From Octopus sinensis (Eukaryota), in NCBI RefSeq assembly GCF_006345805.1, contig NC_043000.1:95914001-95978000 (forward strand): a stretch of DNA of 64,000 bases. The letters are read 5' to 3'. Below the pieces are notes generated by a model. The model ran no database searches, was not told the origin of the DNA, and worked only from the letters and a program-made list of their open reading frames with translations. The position numbers and the translations under genes were made by a program. Below, piece by piece: positions 40,080 to 53,122 of this stretch. The first letter of the stretch is position 1; each line of letters opens with the position of its first letter.

Positions 40080-42020
40080 TAAAAAGTGAAAAAACTACAG
40101 AAGACTTGTTTTAAAAGGTTAAAAAATATATATTTGAGTCAATATGTCTGAAGAATATTATAAATTTTTTTCTTCCTATGACATAGTTTAGAAGAAATGA
40201 CCGGTTTCGCGTTCAGCTTTTCAAATTTCTTACATCGTTATGTTTATGTTGAGAAGAGTTCTAGATAAGGGAAGGTAATAAGTGATTTCTTCCGGTGTAA
40301 GGGAGATAATCGCTTAAAATTTTTTGCCTTTCCTTTGGAGTGAATTTCTCTGTATAAGTATGTTGGAATGGTTAAGTCTGGGCTTGTACTTTTCAATGAA
40401 GAATGTTTCCTTGTTTAGTCTAATTTGTGTTGGTGTTCCAATAGCACATTGGTAAAATGGAAAGATTAAAAATTGTGGTAGTAGTTGCTCACTAAAAGGT
40501 ATCATTCTGTATTCTGGGAATGCAATCTGTTGTCGATGCAGTGTGCATCTACGTCTGAGTGATAGTCCTGTGGATCCCACGTAGTCTTGGTGGCAGCCTG
40601 AGCATTTTATGACATAAATTATGTTTTCAGAGGCACAAGTAAAATTAGATTTGATCTTGAATTTCTGTCCCTCTTTGAAGAGGAATTCTGATCCTTCTAG
40701 CAGGTTTGGACATGTTGCACAGTTCGGTCTACCACATTTTTTTACTTTTGCATCCGTAATTTCAGAAGACAATTTTGCCTTTGTGAGAATCTTTTTAAGT
40801 GATTTAGGTTGTTTGTAGCTTTTAATGATTTGGTGTATGTTTAGAATTTCCTTATGAAGTATTGGTAAATTCTGGGTGATGATGGTGAAGGCTTCTTTGT
40901 TTCTGGGGTTGTATGTGGATATGTAAGGTAGTATTTTCGGGGAAGGTGTGTTGTTGTGTTGAACTTTTCTTAAAGTTTCTATGTTGATTTCTGTTGCACG
41001 TCTGATCCCATCCTCTATGAGTTGAGCTGGGTAATGTCTGTCAATTAGGGTGTTTTTGAGTTCTTGCAGTCTAAAGTTCCTGGTATTTTGTTCTGACACT
41101 ATTGTGCATATCCTTCTTGCAAGGTTGAAGGGGATGTTTGTTTTAGTGTGTCTTGGGTGGCATGAATTAAAAAGAAGGTATTGTTTGGCGTCTGTGGCTT
41201 TGTAAAAAAATGTCTGTTTCTATTTTAAGGTTAATTTTTTTAATTAGTATATCCAAGAATGGGAGCTCCTTTTGGTTGTATTCCATTGTGAACTGTATAT
41301 TTGGGTTTATGCTGTTCAATAGGTTTTTAAATTTTAGGAGTTTATCTGTGTTTTCATTCCAGAGTATAAAACAATCGTCCAGGAATCGTTTCCAATTCTC
41401 TTTTATGTATTGAGAGAGGGGGTTTCCAAAGATTGATAAAGATTCCTGGTAAATGATTATTTCCAGGTAGCCCATTGTTAGGTTCGCAATGACTGGTGCT
41501 GCCCTTGTACCCATAGCAATTCCGGATTTTTGACGGTAAAATGTATTGTCAAACATGAAGTGGTTATTATGTAGGATGAATTCAATTGATTTAGTAATAA
41601 ATTCTTTACTGATCCTTTTTGGTATTTCTTCCGGAAATTGGTCCAGCCAGAACTGTATTGCCTCTAGTCCATAATTATGAGGTATACTGGTAAATAAGTT
41701 AACTACATCAAATGAAACCATGATTGTTTCTTCCTTGCTTTTTTTGGAAGGTGGTTTAACATATCTAAGTCATCTCTGATATGGCTATCGATATGTTTAA
41801 GGAAGGGTTTCAGGAGGATGTCCATAAATAGACTTAGTCTGTGTGTTTCACAGGTTGGGCCAGCTACAATGGGTCGTAGTTTTAGGTCCCCCGGGTTAGG
41901 TGTGTGTATGTATGTCTTTGGTGATTTTTTAATGGTTTCATTTATAATTTGGCTTTTATGAATTTTTGGCAGACCATAGAAGAGGCTAGGTTTGCATTTA
42001 AAGTTTGTTAGAAAGTCATA
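40080..42020 (-). mobile_element. Penelope-like element, 5'-truncated: RT, Cys-rich linker, GIY-YIG endonuclease and 3' terminus
   Basis: FYGLPKIHK, LRPIVAG, VSFDVVNLFTSIP, GIAMGTRAAPVIANL, RFLDDCF, LPFLDI; CGRPNCATC, NIIYVIKCSGCHQDYVGST, ETFFIEKYKPRLN; frameshifted. Confidence 0.93.
40193..40230 (-). ncRNA. Minimal hammerhead with U3:A8 core in the PLE 3' terminus
   Basis: AGAAAU-UUGAAAA-GC UGAAC GC-GAAACCGGU-C-AUUUCU: perfect 6-bp stem I, palindromic helix III, GUC triplet. Confidence 0.7.
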
Positions 42021-42032
42021 TGTATATATATA

Positions 42033-43170
42033 TATCTATACAATAATATGTTACATTACTCAGTAGTCAAGATAAAACTCTGAGTTTCAGATGCCGAAGT
42101 GGAAATCCACAACACCATCTCTTCGGTTATCTGGCTATTTGAAAACGCTATGAAAAAATACCGTTAAATAAAGGGAAATTACTGTGTTATAACTCTGCTG
42201 GCCTTCAATATAGGTAAATATTTCCTAGCACTGATAGATAGACATTTTCCAGTTAACCATACTTATGGGAAACTCTTCAATAGACACAATTTAAAAATTA
42301 GTTTTAGTTCAACTACCAATTTTAAAAACATAATCAAACATACCATACAAAAAACACAACAAGAAAACAGCTGTTCATGCAGGAATAAAGAATTGTGCCC
42401 GCTAAATGGAGCTTGCATGTCCAAGACCATCATATATGAAGCTACCGTAAACTCTATAACCACTAAAGACACCGTTTCGATGAAGAAATACGTGGGCCTT
42501 ACAGAGGGTAATTTCAAGGCCAGGTTCAATAACCACACTTTGAGCTTTAGGCACTGGAACAAAAGAAAAGCAACACAATTATCTAATCATATTTGGTCTT
42601 TAAGAGATAAAGGTGTCGATTATAACATACAATGGAAGATTTTGGCCAGATGTAAGCCTTATACCAACGGCAGCGGAAGGTGCGGTCTATGCGACATGGA
42701 GAGATGGCTTATCTGGAAAAGCAGCTTAGACCCTATTACATGTCTAAATACAAGGACAGAGCTTTTCGGATCATGCCCACATGTGACTACATTTCTGTTA
42801 CGTTTTTGATCCCCTAAAGAAAACAGATAGAACATGCTTTCTATGTTATGTCCCAAGAAGAATTTATATATTTTTATATATTTTTTATGTATTTTTATAT
42901 AATTTTTATGACGAAAAATACGAGCGATGTATAAGTACGCAGGCAAGCAGAGTTATAACACAGTAATTTCCCTTTATTTAACGGTATTTTTTCATAGCGT
43001 TTTCAAATAGCCAGATAACCGAAGAGATGGTGTTGTGGATTTCCACTTCGGCATCTGAAACTCAGAGTTTTATCTTGACTACCGAGTAATGTAACATATT
43101 ATTGTATAGATAAATTTCCTCTATTTACATAATATTGAGGTCTCTTTCTTTCTTTTGTTATCTTACCGTT
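42033..43170 (+). mobile_element. Second PLE family: GIY-YIG C-terminal ORF (~42207-42809), 3' pLTR, and inverted pLTR copy at the 5' end
   Basis: NIGKYFLALIDRHFP..CPLNGAC..IIYEATV..KYVGLTEG.FKARFNNH..CGLCDME..LNTRTE; 42033-42199 is the reverse complement of 42946-43111. Confidence 0.9.
43013..43075 (+). ncRNA. Hammerhead-like motif with C4 core (CCGAAGA); inverted twin at 42070-42132
   Basis: AGAUAA-CCGAAGA-GAUG..CAUC-U-GAAACUC A GAGU-U-UUAUCU. Confidence 0.6.
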
Positions 43171-43539
43171 TTATCAATATATATATATATATATAATGGG
43201 CTTTCGGTTTCTGTCTACCAAATCCACTCACAAGGTGCTTTGGTTGGCCCAAAGCTATAGTAGAAGACACTTGACCAAGGTGCCATGCAGTGGGACTGAA
43301 CCTGGAACCATCTGGTTGGGAAGCAAGTTTCTTACCACACAGCCACTCCTGGCATATATATATATATATAGTGATTGCTACTTCTTGTCAAGAGAGTGCC
43401 ATCTTTTCATGAACTTGCATCATCTTGTGCATGAGGTGGCTTTTCAGTCCAGTTTTTATTCTGTAGGAAGATTCCCAGATGTGACATTTATTTTTCTATT
43501 CAGTAAATATGTACCTTGATGTGCATAGCAATAGAACCA

Positions 43540-43890
43540 CCTCACATGCAACTCAGATTCTCTCTAGCGCTCATGTGTCTTTAGATGACAGACAAACTCA
43601 GCATTTGAGAGAAGAAATCGTCTGCACACATTGCATCTCAATTCCTGCAGTCGCTGCTTTTGGGTCCTGCTTGCAGAGCATATGCTTCAAAGCAACATGT
43701 TCCATTTGCTTTTGTTTGAAGACACCACACCTATACTTGATAGTCTTTTTCCATGATGTACAGCTTTCAGCCGATGCCTCCAAAGTATTTATGTTAATCT
43801 TCAGAAATTTAAGGTTGCCTTTCATGACATCTTTAGACCACTTTCAAGGTTTGTGCTGAGGCCTTTTCCCTCTGATCAGCTCCCTATGAA
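43540..43890 (-). mobile_element. Degenerate RTE-like LINE ORF C-terminus (different family)
   Basis: GRPQHKP.KWSKDVMKGNLKFLKINI.TLEASA..SWKKTI pattern typical of RTE ORF ends. Confidence 0.55.
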
Positions 43891-44229
43891 TATGTGTGTG
43901 TGTGTACATATACTTTCATTAAAGTTGAAAAAAACAGTTGTGATCATACTGTCCAACGAATGGTAACATGAAACTCTAAGCCACAGTTTGTGAAGATTTT
44001 CTTGGTTCTAATAAAAAACATATTACTCTACCTTCGTCAAGTACTATTTTTTCCACCTTGTTTTGTATTTATGTGCTGACTTGTGTGTGTAATAAATAGT
44101 TATACATACATACATATAACACACACACACACATGATATTAGTAATGGAAGCAGTATTGGTACTGAATGGCAGTTTTATATCTTACTTAATGTTGTAGTA
44201 TTCCTTCTCAGATAGCCTTTTGTATAGAC

Positions 44230-44272
<43 letters not shown>

Positions 44273-44290
44273 CATATATATATATATATA

Positions 44291-44570
44291 TACAATAATA
44301 TGTTACATTACTCAATAGTCAAGATAAAACTCTGAGTTTCAGATGCCGAAGTGGGAATCCATGACATCTCTTCGGTTATCTGGCTATTTGAAAATGCGTT
44401 TTCAAATAGCCAGATAACCGAAGAGATGTCGTGGATTCCCACCTCGGCATCTGAAACTCTATCTTGACTATTGAGTAATGTAACATATTATTGTATAGAT
44501 AAATTTCCTCTATTTACATAATATTGAGGTCTCTTTCTTTCTTTTGTTATCTTACCGTTTTACCAATATA
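44291..44570. mobile_element. Body-less inverted pLTR pair of the 42-43 kb PLE family
   Basis: Hairpin centred on TTTGAAAA-TGCG-TTTTCAAA (~44396); sequence nearly identical to 42033-42150 and 42997-43170. Confidence 0.85.
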
Positions 44571-45814
44571 TATATATATATATGCACACGTGAATAAGTG
44601 CATATATATATATATATATATATATATGTCTGAATGTGTGTGGGTATAAGTGTGCATGTATGTTGCCTCATGTGCTCACTGTAAACAAATATTATAGTCA
44701 AAGAAGCAAAGTTGTTGGTTTACAATCAACTATCAAAACAAAGCCAGCTTGTGTAATGTTTGTACTCAATAGATTATTTGAAATATCACCTACTTTGGTG
44801 AAGTACAAGAACATTTCCTTGACATGTCTAGTGATTGTACCTTGATGCTGTTGAAGAAGGTGTAGTTATCATGTTCTCATTTGCAAAATGTTTTCAAGAA
44901 CTTTGTTTCTAGAAATACTGCATCATATTTGATGAGAATGTCTATCATACATGTGGGACAGAATTTGTGTGAGAAAAGTTAAGGAGTAGGTAAAACATGT
45001 ATTGTTTTACACAGGTGTGAATGTTGTCACAGGTGGAGGCAAGTAGATTGTTAATGTAATGGACAAAATGTTTGGAGAGTATAACTGAATCTTGGAGTAG
45101 AGTAGAATCAATAAAATGTGGATTCTGAAGTTATGTTTCTGTTTCAGTCCTCTTGATAAACAAATTATCACCATCATAATTTCAATGTCCACTTTTTAAT
45201 ACCTGCATTGATCAGACAAAACTAGTTGAGGTAGATATACACTCCACTGAATATGTTATTTTCCTGTGTATATGTGAATCCTGGTAACTAAAAGAATTTT
45301 TTTTAGTCAAGAATAGAACTGAGAAATGCAGTCTCATTAATTAAAATCTGGTGAGAATTATTCTAAATAAGAGAAAAAGTTTTGTGCAATAGCTGAAGCC
45401 ATCAAGAAGCAGTGTCACTTTCTCTTAGGCAGATAATTCAACACAGTAACAGATCAGAAACCTGCTGTTTATGTCTTCTACTACAGCCTCTGGCTGACCA
45501 AAGCCTTGTGAGTGAATTTGGTTGGTTAAAGTTCTGTTGTGTGTAAAAGTGCTTGCATCTCCTTTGATAGATATGATGGAAGACATAAAACTAAGAGATT
45601 AAAAATGAGAAATCATCATGCTGGTAATTAAAACTTGTGCAGATCTGTTACAAAATTTACGTCATCCTAGATTTGTTAATGCTGTAGCAGATGTACTATT
45701 GAATGACTTTTGTGATGCTACATCACAGTGTCACCTCTTAGAATTCCATAAATCTCTCTGCTGTAATGGTATTACAAAGTTGATGTGTTTTGTTCAGGTT
45801 CAAAATCATCTGTA

Positions 45815-46115
45815 TGAGCGTATGGCTGAAAAGTTCATAGACTGACCAAGATACTCTTATGGAATGTGGCCAAAGAGGTTTATTTCTCAACATAGTCCCT
45901 CCACTGAGGTCTACACACTTCTTCCACTGGTGAAGAAGCTTTCATCCATATAGGTAAAAAAAAGTCATCAACAGCAGATATGACATCATCACTGTAATAC
46001 TGGTTCTCAACCAAGTGTTTTTCCATGTTGGGGAACAGGTGATAGTCAGATGGGGCCAAATCAGAATAGGGAGGGTGATCAACCAGTTCAAAGCCAGTCA
46101 CCCTTGTACTCAATA
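45815..46115 (-). mobile_element. Mariner transposon relic (transposase C-terminus and end)
   Basis: FELVDHPPYSDLAPSDYHLFPNM matches the mariner HPPYSPDLAPSDYHLF motif. Confidence 0.85.
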
Positions 46116-46907
46116 GAAGTTAAAGCTACCATATAACCACCATCCAGAACCACATAAGCTCATCATCTTTTTAACCCTATACTGTTGGTTTTAAGGGTCC
46201 ATCAGCTTTGTCAAGTAATAATTAGCTGTTGATTGTTTCTGATGAATATTTCTGTTTGTTTTCCCATTGCTTCAACAATGTTTTTGCAGGGCTACATTAT
46301 TTTCTGTCTTTAGTATATCTGAATATGTCCATTTTGATTGAGGAATCTGCATTTCATCTTTTGCATGAGAGACTGAGGGTTGTCTCAATAAGCTACTTGA
46401 CCCCATACAACTCTACTGAAAGTGGGCAGTGTGAACATTTTGGAAAACTGACATTAGCTTTAAGGTCTAGAATTCTACCAATCCCTCCATGGGAAACTAT
46501 GACATTAGCTTTGAGGTCTAGAATTTTACCAATCCTTGCATAGGAAACTATTTAATATGATACCTTACATTCAGTGCAATCCTTGTGTACATCCACAAAC
46601 TCAAGATCTTACAAACAGCTCTTAGCCTTATAAAAAAAATGTGCTATTCTGGCTTCCTTGATCTGTTGAAGGGATACATCTATGTAAGAAGACAGTCCTT
46701 TAACCCTTTTGTTACCTTATTTCTGTTGAAATACACTGCTTCCATTTCAATTAATTTTGCAATTTATGAAAAATTTAGTAAAATAACTTTGTCATTATTA
46801 TACTGATGTTTGGAACACAAATTATCATAGAATTACAATAGGTTTTTAGATCACTTTAGAACAGTTTTTATCCTAAAACCAAGGGCTGTCTCAGTGGCAT
46901 TAGTATC

Positions 46908-47125
46908 AAAAGGCGGCGAGCTGGCAGAATCGTTAGCACGCCGGGTTAAATGCTTAGTGGTATTTCATCTGCCGTTATGTTCTGGGTTCAAATTCCGCCA
47001 AGGTCGACTTTGCCTTTCATCCTTTCGGGGTCGATTAAATAAGTACCAGTTACACACTGGGGTCGATATAATTGACTTAATCCATTTGTCTGTGTTTAGC
47101 CCCTTGTGGGTTGTAAAGAAATAGG
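46908..47125 (+). mobile_element. Third tRNA-derived SINE family, nested in a TTAA-type MITE (~46699-47140)
   Basis: GGGTTCAAATTCC B-box and GCCTTTCATCCTTTCGGGGTCG core; related copies at ~24790-24990, 33430-33610, 39005-39230 and 58720-58940. Confidence 0.75.
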
Positions 47126-47518
47126 TATCAAAAGAGTTAATCCAATTTGAATTATGGAACTTATTGGAGGCAAATCCTCACTGTGCTCACATTCTATTTA
47201 GAATATACACATCTCTTTTGGTTTTCTTTCTATGAGCAAAAATAGGCAAGAATTTTTCCACATGAAGTTTGAAGATTATACCAAATATGGTAATGCTCAT
47301 GTAGTACATTTTATGAATTTCACAACCCAGAACTTCAATTATTAACTATGAACACATTGCATATACACCTGTGAGAAGATGACTAGAGAGTGCTGTAAAA
47401 TAAGGAGAAAGTCCTCAGCTAAATTGAGTTTGTGATTCAGTTACAATCTCTAATATTATACTGTGTTCAGTGTTTGAACTGTGGCCATGCTGGGGTATTG
47501 TCTTCTAAGGTTATAGTC

Positions 47519-47822
47519 CAGTGGTTCTCAGTCTTTTTCACTTCATGGTCCACCATATGGGTGCACTTTTCTTGGAAATTTTAAAAGACAAAAAAAAGCA
47601 AAATGTTTCAAAGTGAAAAATTTAGACAAGATATATAGAAAAACTATTGCTTACCTTGTTTTTTTTATTAAATCATGTGCGTGTGTAACAAGATTTATAA
47701 CACATTTTTCAAGATATTCAAGCATAAATACAGATTTTTAAAGCCAAAAATTATACCTTAAAAAAATTCAGTCCACCTAGATACCCTTTGTGGTACAAGA
47801 GTGCATCATTTGAAAACCACTT
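47519..47822. mobile_element. hAT-like MITE
   Basis: TIRs CAGTGGTTCTCA / TGAAAACCACTT; 8-bp TSD-like TTATAGTC / GTATAGTC (7 of 8 match). Confidence 0.65.
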
Positions 47823-48220
47823 GTATAGTCAGTGAATTCATTGAGCCCTAGGTCTAGTACTTATTTTATCAACCTTAGAATGGAGAATGACAAAGTAGAC
47901 CTGGACAGGATTTAAAACTCATCAACATAAAGGGACCTAACTAAATATACCAAAGGATTTGTCTGATGTTCTACCAGAACTACCATCAAACCATCATGCT
48001 GTCACATAATAGCTGCAAAAAATTTCACTTCTCTTACATTGCTGGTACTCTTTGAAACGTTGGAACCATGTAGGTTAAATAATATTCAGGTCTTCTCTCT
48101 TAAGTCAATGTGATTGATTTACTCCCCATAGACAAGCAATAATTCTATGAAAGGGCAACCAATTCACCCTAATATATACTGTTGATTGGCAATAGATATT
48201 TATTACCTTTTAGCATTTAA

Positions 48221-48440
48221 CCCTTTCATTACCAACCTGGCTGAAACTGGCTCTGGCTCTAAGTACAAATATCTTGTTTTCATAAGTTTTCAATTAAAAT
48301 CTTCCACCAAACCTTAGTCACAATTTATGTTCCTAACACTAGCTGAATGATAACTAAGTTATTTTACTAAATTCTTTGTTATATTTAAAGTAATTGAAAG
48401 AAACACAGAGCATCTCAAAATAAATACAGTAACGAAAGGG
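48221..48440. mobile_element. piggyBac-type (TTAA) MITE
   Basis: TTAA|CCCTTTCATTAC ... GTAACGAAAGGG|TTAA; related fragments at ~8600-8830, 25890-26110, 56930-57130 and 61570-61760. Confidence 0.75.
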
Positions 48441-49216
48441 TTAAACCAGCCATATCCAGTCCAAATGTTCTACCAGTTTTTTGTTCAAACTAGCCGGATT
48501 CAGCCCCTCACAACTACCCTACAATGTCATTCTAAATGTAAAAAAGTCACATCATTGAAATCTCGAAGCTATATTTTTTATCTTTTACTTGTTCCAGTCA
48601 TTGTATTGTGGCCATGCTGGGGCATCACCTTGACATGTTTAGTTAAACAAATCAACCCCAGTATTTATTTTCTTTTTAAGCCTGGTATTTATTCTATTGG
48701 TTTCTTTTGCCAAACTGCTAAGTTACAGAGGAGTAAACAAACCAACACCAGTTGTCAAGTGGTGGTGGACAAACACACACACACACACAGATACATACAT
48801 ATATAGATACACACACACACATACACAAACTCACAATAGGTTTCTTTCAGTTTCCATCTACAAATCTACTCACAAGGTTATGGCCAACCCGGTGCTAGAG
48901 TAGAAAATACTTGCCCAAGATGCCATACAGTGGGACTGAACCTGGAACCATGTGGTTGAGAAGCAAACTTCTTACCACACTGTTATGCTCATAATTGGTT
49001 TAAAACAATGCAAATACAGTTGACTGCTAAAGGTTGAATTGGTTTCAGTCACTGGGCCTGTGATCATTATAAGGAGAGAGAGAAGGCGTGGGGATGACAG
49101 GACAGTGCTATTTAGGGTTATAGTCATTCAATAACATCAATCTTAGTACTTACTTTATTGACAAAAAGGCAAATAAAATAAAAAAAAAAAAAATATGAAG
49201 CCAATTTTAAAAAACT

Positions 49217-49222
49217 TTTATT
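49217..49222 (-). terminator. Candidate distal poly(A) signal of RANBP9/10
   Basis: AATAAA on the minus strand, followed 25-50 nt later by a long U-rich run (the + strand A-run at ~49165-49193). Confidence 0.35.
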
Positions 49223-52200
49223 GAAAAAAATTGAAACCATCAGAATAAAATGGAGGAAAAAAAAACAAAGAAAAAAAAAACATTGTTACCATCGTATTAC
49301 AGATTTTATTTTCTCAATTAACTAAAAAGAAAAAAAAAAAAGGAAAAAACAAAAGTGGGGAATCGAAGGTTAAATGGTGAAAGAGAAGGGAAGGGAATAT
49401 GTACAGTGCTAATATTTCTCACAAGTTTATTCCAGCATGATAATGCCACCATGTTACACAGTCCATAGCAACTACTTTTTTTTTTTTTTTTTTTGTTTTG
49501 TTTTTTAATCAGGAGATTGGTTTCTGCCAGAGAAAAGAAACTGCACCTCTCCCTTTTAATATGTGCACAACACAAGATACATCACTGTCCTGAATTAATA
49601 AATGTGTAACAAGACTGAACCGAATGGAAATGCAACAGTTGTCATTGCACTGTGTATGTATGTATGTATGTATGTATGTATGTGTGTGTGTGTGTGTGTG
49701 TGTTTGTACATAAAATGAAGGAACAAGACAGGACAGTGATATGTCATAAAAAAAAGTAGCAGAAAGATAACCATATCACTGCTTTGTATGTGTTGTGTAT
49801 CATAAAGAACAGGGAGGTGACAGAGTTACTGCTGTGTTACAATTGAGTGTCGTACAAACAGTGAAATACTGCAATGTTACATACAGTAGAGAGTTTGTCA
49901 GGACAGCTAGACGACGATGACAATGTTACCCGCCGTGTACAAAGCATGTGTCCACAAGAGTTAAGAGGACAATATCACTGTTTGTGAATGTGTTGCAGTG
50001 GTGTGCCGTAAGAACAGCGAGATGATATTATTGTGGCAGTGTTACAGCAGTTTTGTCAAAACAGCGATTGTAACTGCAACACAGTTGTGATTACATCCAA
50101 CCAATGCCAGTACAATTAAAGAAAGCAACAATGTCACTGCTGTGTCAAAACCAATGAAGTAATAATAACATCACTTCTTTGTACATACAAAGTGTTTATG
50201 AAGGATTGGGAGGTGGGGAGGGAAGTTGGAAGTGTAAGATGTATTTTAGGAGAAAGAGAGAGGTTGATTCCTCCCCACTCCCAAAATAGAAGTAAGTTCT
50301 AGTACCATTCACCTGTGTTGCATACATTATTAGCAAAGAACAGAAACAGAAATTAGATGTTACTGCTTCTCCGTAAAGCATCAGAGAAGAATACACAAAC
50401 CCACATCTTGACTGTTTTATGGTATTAAACATTATAAGCACTGATTTAGGACAGAAAAGAAAAAAAAAAGAGAGAAATGAGGCCCACTGCCGGGACTTAA
50501 ACAATACATCTATTGCTTGCCGGTTGATTGTATGATCGATCATACTTCGAACAGGCACTCTGTAGAACGAAAGAAGAGAATGAGCTTTTTGTTTGACATT
50601 TTGGTTTTTTTTTAAAGAAAAAATATGGAAGAAACAGAGTCGAAAGTAGATTAAAAAGGGGAGATCAAGAAATCAGAGAGGGAAAGAGAGATGGGGGAGG
50701 AGGAAGCAGTAGGGTCAAGCCCTTTAAGTGGGACCCCTGTTTCTCTTATCTGTCTTCAACTTGGTGCTTCTAACATTAAAAGCCATATATATATATATAT
50801 GACTTCTTCTGTTCATCCCAACTGGTGTCAGAAGAAGAAACACACGTCACGACAGTTACCATGTGATGAAAATGTGATGCTCCACTACTGTACAATGTGT
50901 TGTGTGACATTCAAAAGCGAAGTAGTAACACATTGTTTCTTTGTTGGTTTCATACAGTGTCACTAGAATAAGGAAGTGAGACTGTAGCACACCTGTACCT
51001 GCATGGTGTTGTGACACAGATTTTCGTGCCACAGAGATGGAGGGGAAGGAAGGGAGGGAGGGAGAGCAGGAGAATGACGGAGAAAAAATGCAAAATGGAA
51101 ACCTAATTACACTGTACAATGTTGGAACAGAAAGGTTGAGCAACACATGGCTATAATTTGTACAGTGTTACAGGACAAGATTATAAGACTTGCCACATTT
51201 GCACCGTACAGTGTTATGACATAGAATTTATACTGTACAGCAGTACAGTGTTGTGATACAGAAAATGTGAAGCCAGTACTTCACAGACGTTGTACAGGGT
51301 CTGTGACTCAAAAATGTAAAGTAACATGCTACTTTACTAACACTGTTTTGTTACACAGATACGTGAAGTAACACAGCACTGATACTGAATGAACAGTGTT
51401 GTGACAGAAATATGAAGTATTAAGCCAATACTTTACAAACATTTATACAGAGTCTGTGACTCAAAAGTATAAAGCAACATGCTACTTTACTAACACTGTT
51501 GTGACACACAGATATGTAAAGTAACACAGTATTGATACTGTACAGTGTTGTGACTCAGAAATTATAAAGTGACACTATTTTACCGACACTGTCCAGAACT
51601 GTGACATAACACAACACACCCTCAACAGTGTTGTAGTAGATCGATGTGAAAGTGCTGCTGTTACAGCTCTATCCAGTACAAACAGACAACACTGCTGCAT
51701 ATAAGTATCACATAAAAGATTAAGAGAAGGGGCAACAAGTGAGGGAGTATGAGAGACAGAGGGAGAGAGGAAAAGGAGGAGGAGGAGGCGGTGAGTGATG
51801 CGACACTAACACTACTATTTGGTACAGTGTCAGAAGAGAGGAAAAAATGTGAGGTGACATATTGCTGCTCTGTAGTTGAGGGGCACTAGCAGGACATGAG
51901 CAACTAGTTGGAAGAGAAAGCAAAGGAAATGTCACCTTATTTTCTTCTCTGTCAGGCTGCTGCAGAGACTACAACAATGGCTGGCAAATGCAGTTGTTTT
52001 AGACCTGCCAGTCTGGAAGGCACTTCATTGAAAGACTGCTCAGGAGACCAATTCTACACGTCGGACCATGTCTGTTAGTCTTTTATTTATTTTCATTGAA
52101 AGCAGTGCATACCAATTGATGCAAACCTTCATCTGAGCTTAAGATTTCAGCCACTCAAAGAAAAAAAAAATCAAAAAAACTTATAATGAAATTTAAAATT

Positions 52201-53082
52201 TCACTAATGCTTACTATATTAAAAAATAACCCAAAACAATTAAAATTTTAAAAATAAGAAAGATTTGGTAGAATGTAAATGTTTTAATTTTAAACTACTA
52301 TCATTAGATTGGTTAATCATCTCTTATGAATTTTTTTTCAAAAAACAAAAAAAAAAGAGGTAGAACAGCATCATTTTACTGACCCTAGACCTATGTTGTA
52401 AAAATAAAATTTAATATAATTCTTAACATTTTAAATCTATTTATGTAAAAACAGAAAACTGATATGAAACAAAAAAAGTTTGAGACAGTAAAAAAAAATA
52501 ATTAAAAAACAAATAAACGTAGAAACGGGAACAGATGGAAGAATATATACTTAGAAAATCCTATGAAAACAGCTTGGTAAGTCATCACCTATCTAGATTA
52601 GCTTTATCTTAGTTTTGGCAACCAACTTTATATATATATATTATTTATACACACACACACACATGCATATATATGTACCCTACTAAAAAGTATTGAGTAA
52701 TCCTTCAGTTTAATGTTAAATTGTTTTTACGTATAACTTGACGTAAAAATAAGCCTTTATATACATATATATATATACACATGCACAAACATGTATGTAT
52801 ATATATAGTTAATGTTTCAAGACATGAAAAGCTTCCATTGCTTTGATAATGATCTAGCTAAAATTCTAATAACTCTTCAAACCCCATTCCCCTCTGTCTA
52901 GCCTGATGAAGGTATTCAAGAATTTTCATTAATTAAACATTATCTCTTTTTTTTTTCGCTCTAATACAAACATATTTTGTGGAGATTATTATTATTATTT
53001 TTATCATCATCAGATTAGAGACTTTATTATTAGAGACACAACAGAATATCTTCAAAGTCATTTAATATTCCTTAAAAACATC

Positions 53083-53122
<40 letters not shown>

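Noticed and set aside
51950-52090. SECIS-like AUGA..AA motif on the minus strand
   Set aside because: No matching GA quartet at the right spacing, and RANBP9 has no in-frame selenocysteine codon here.
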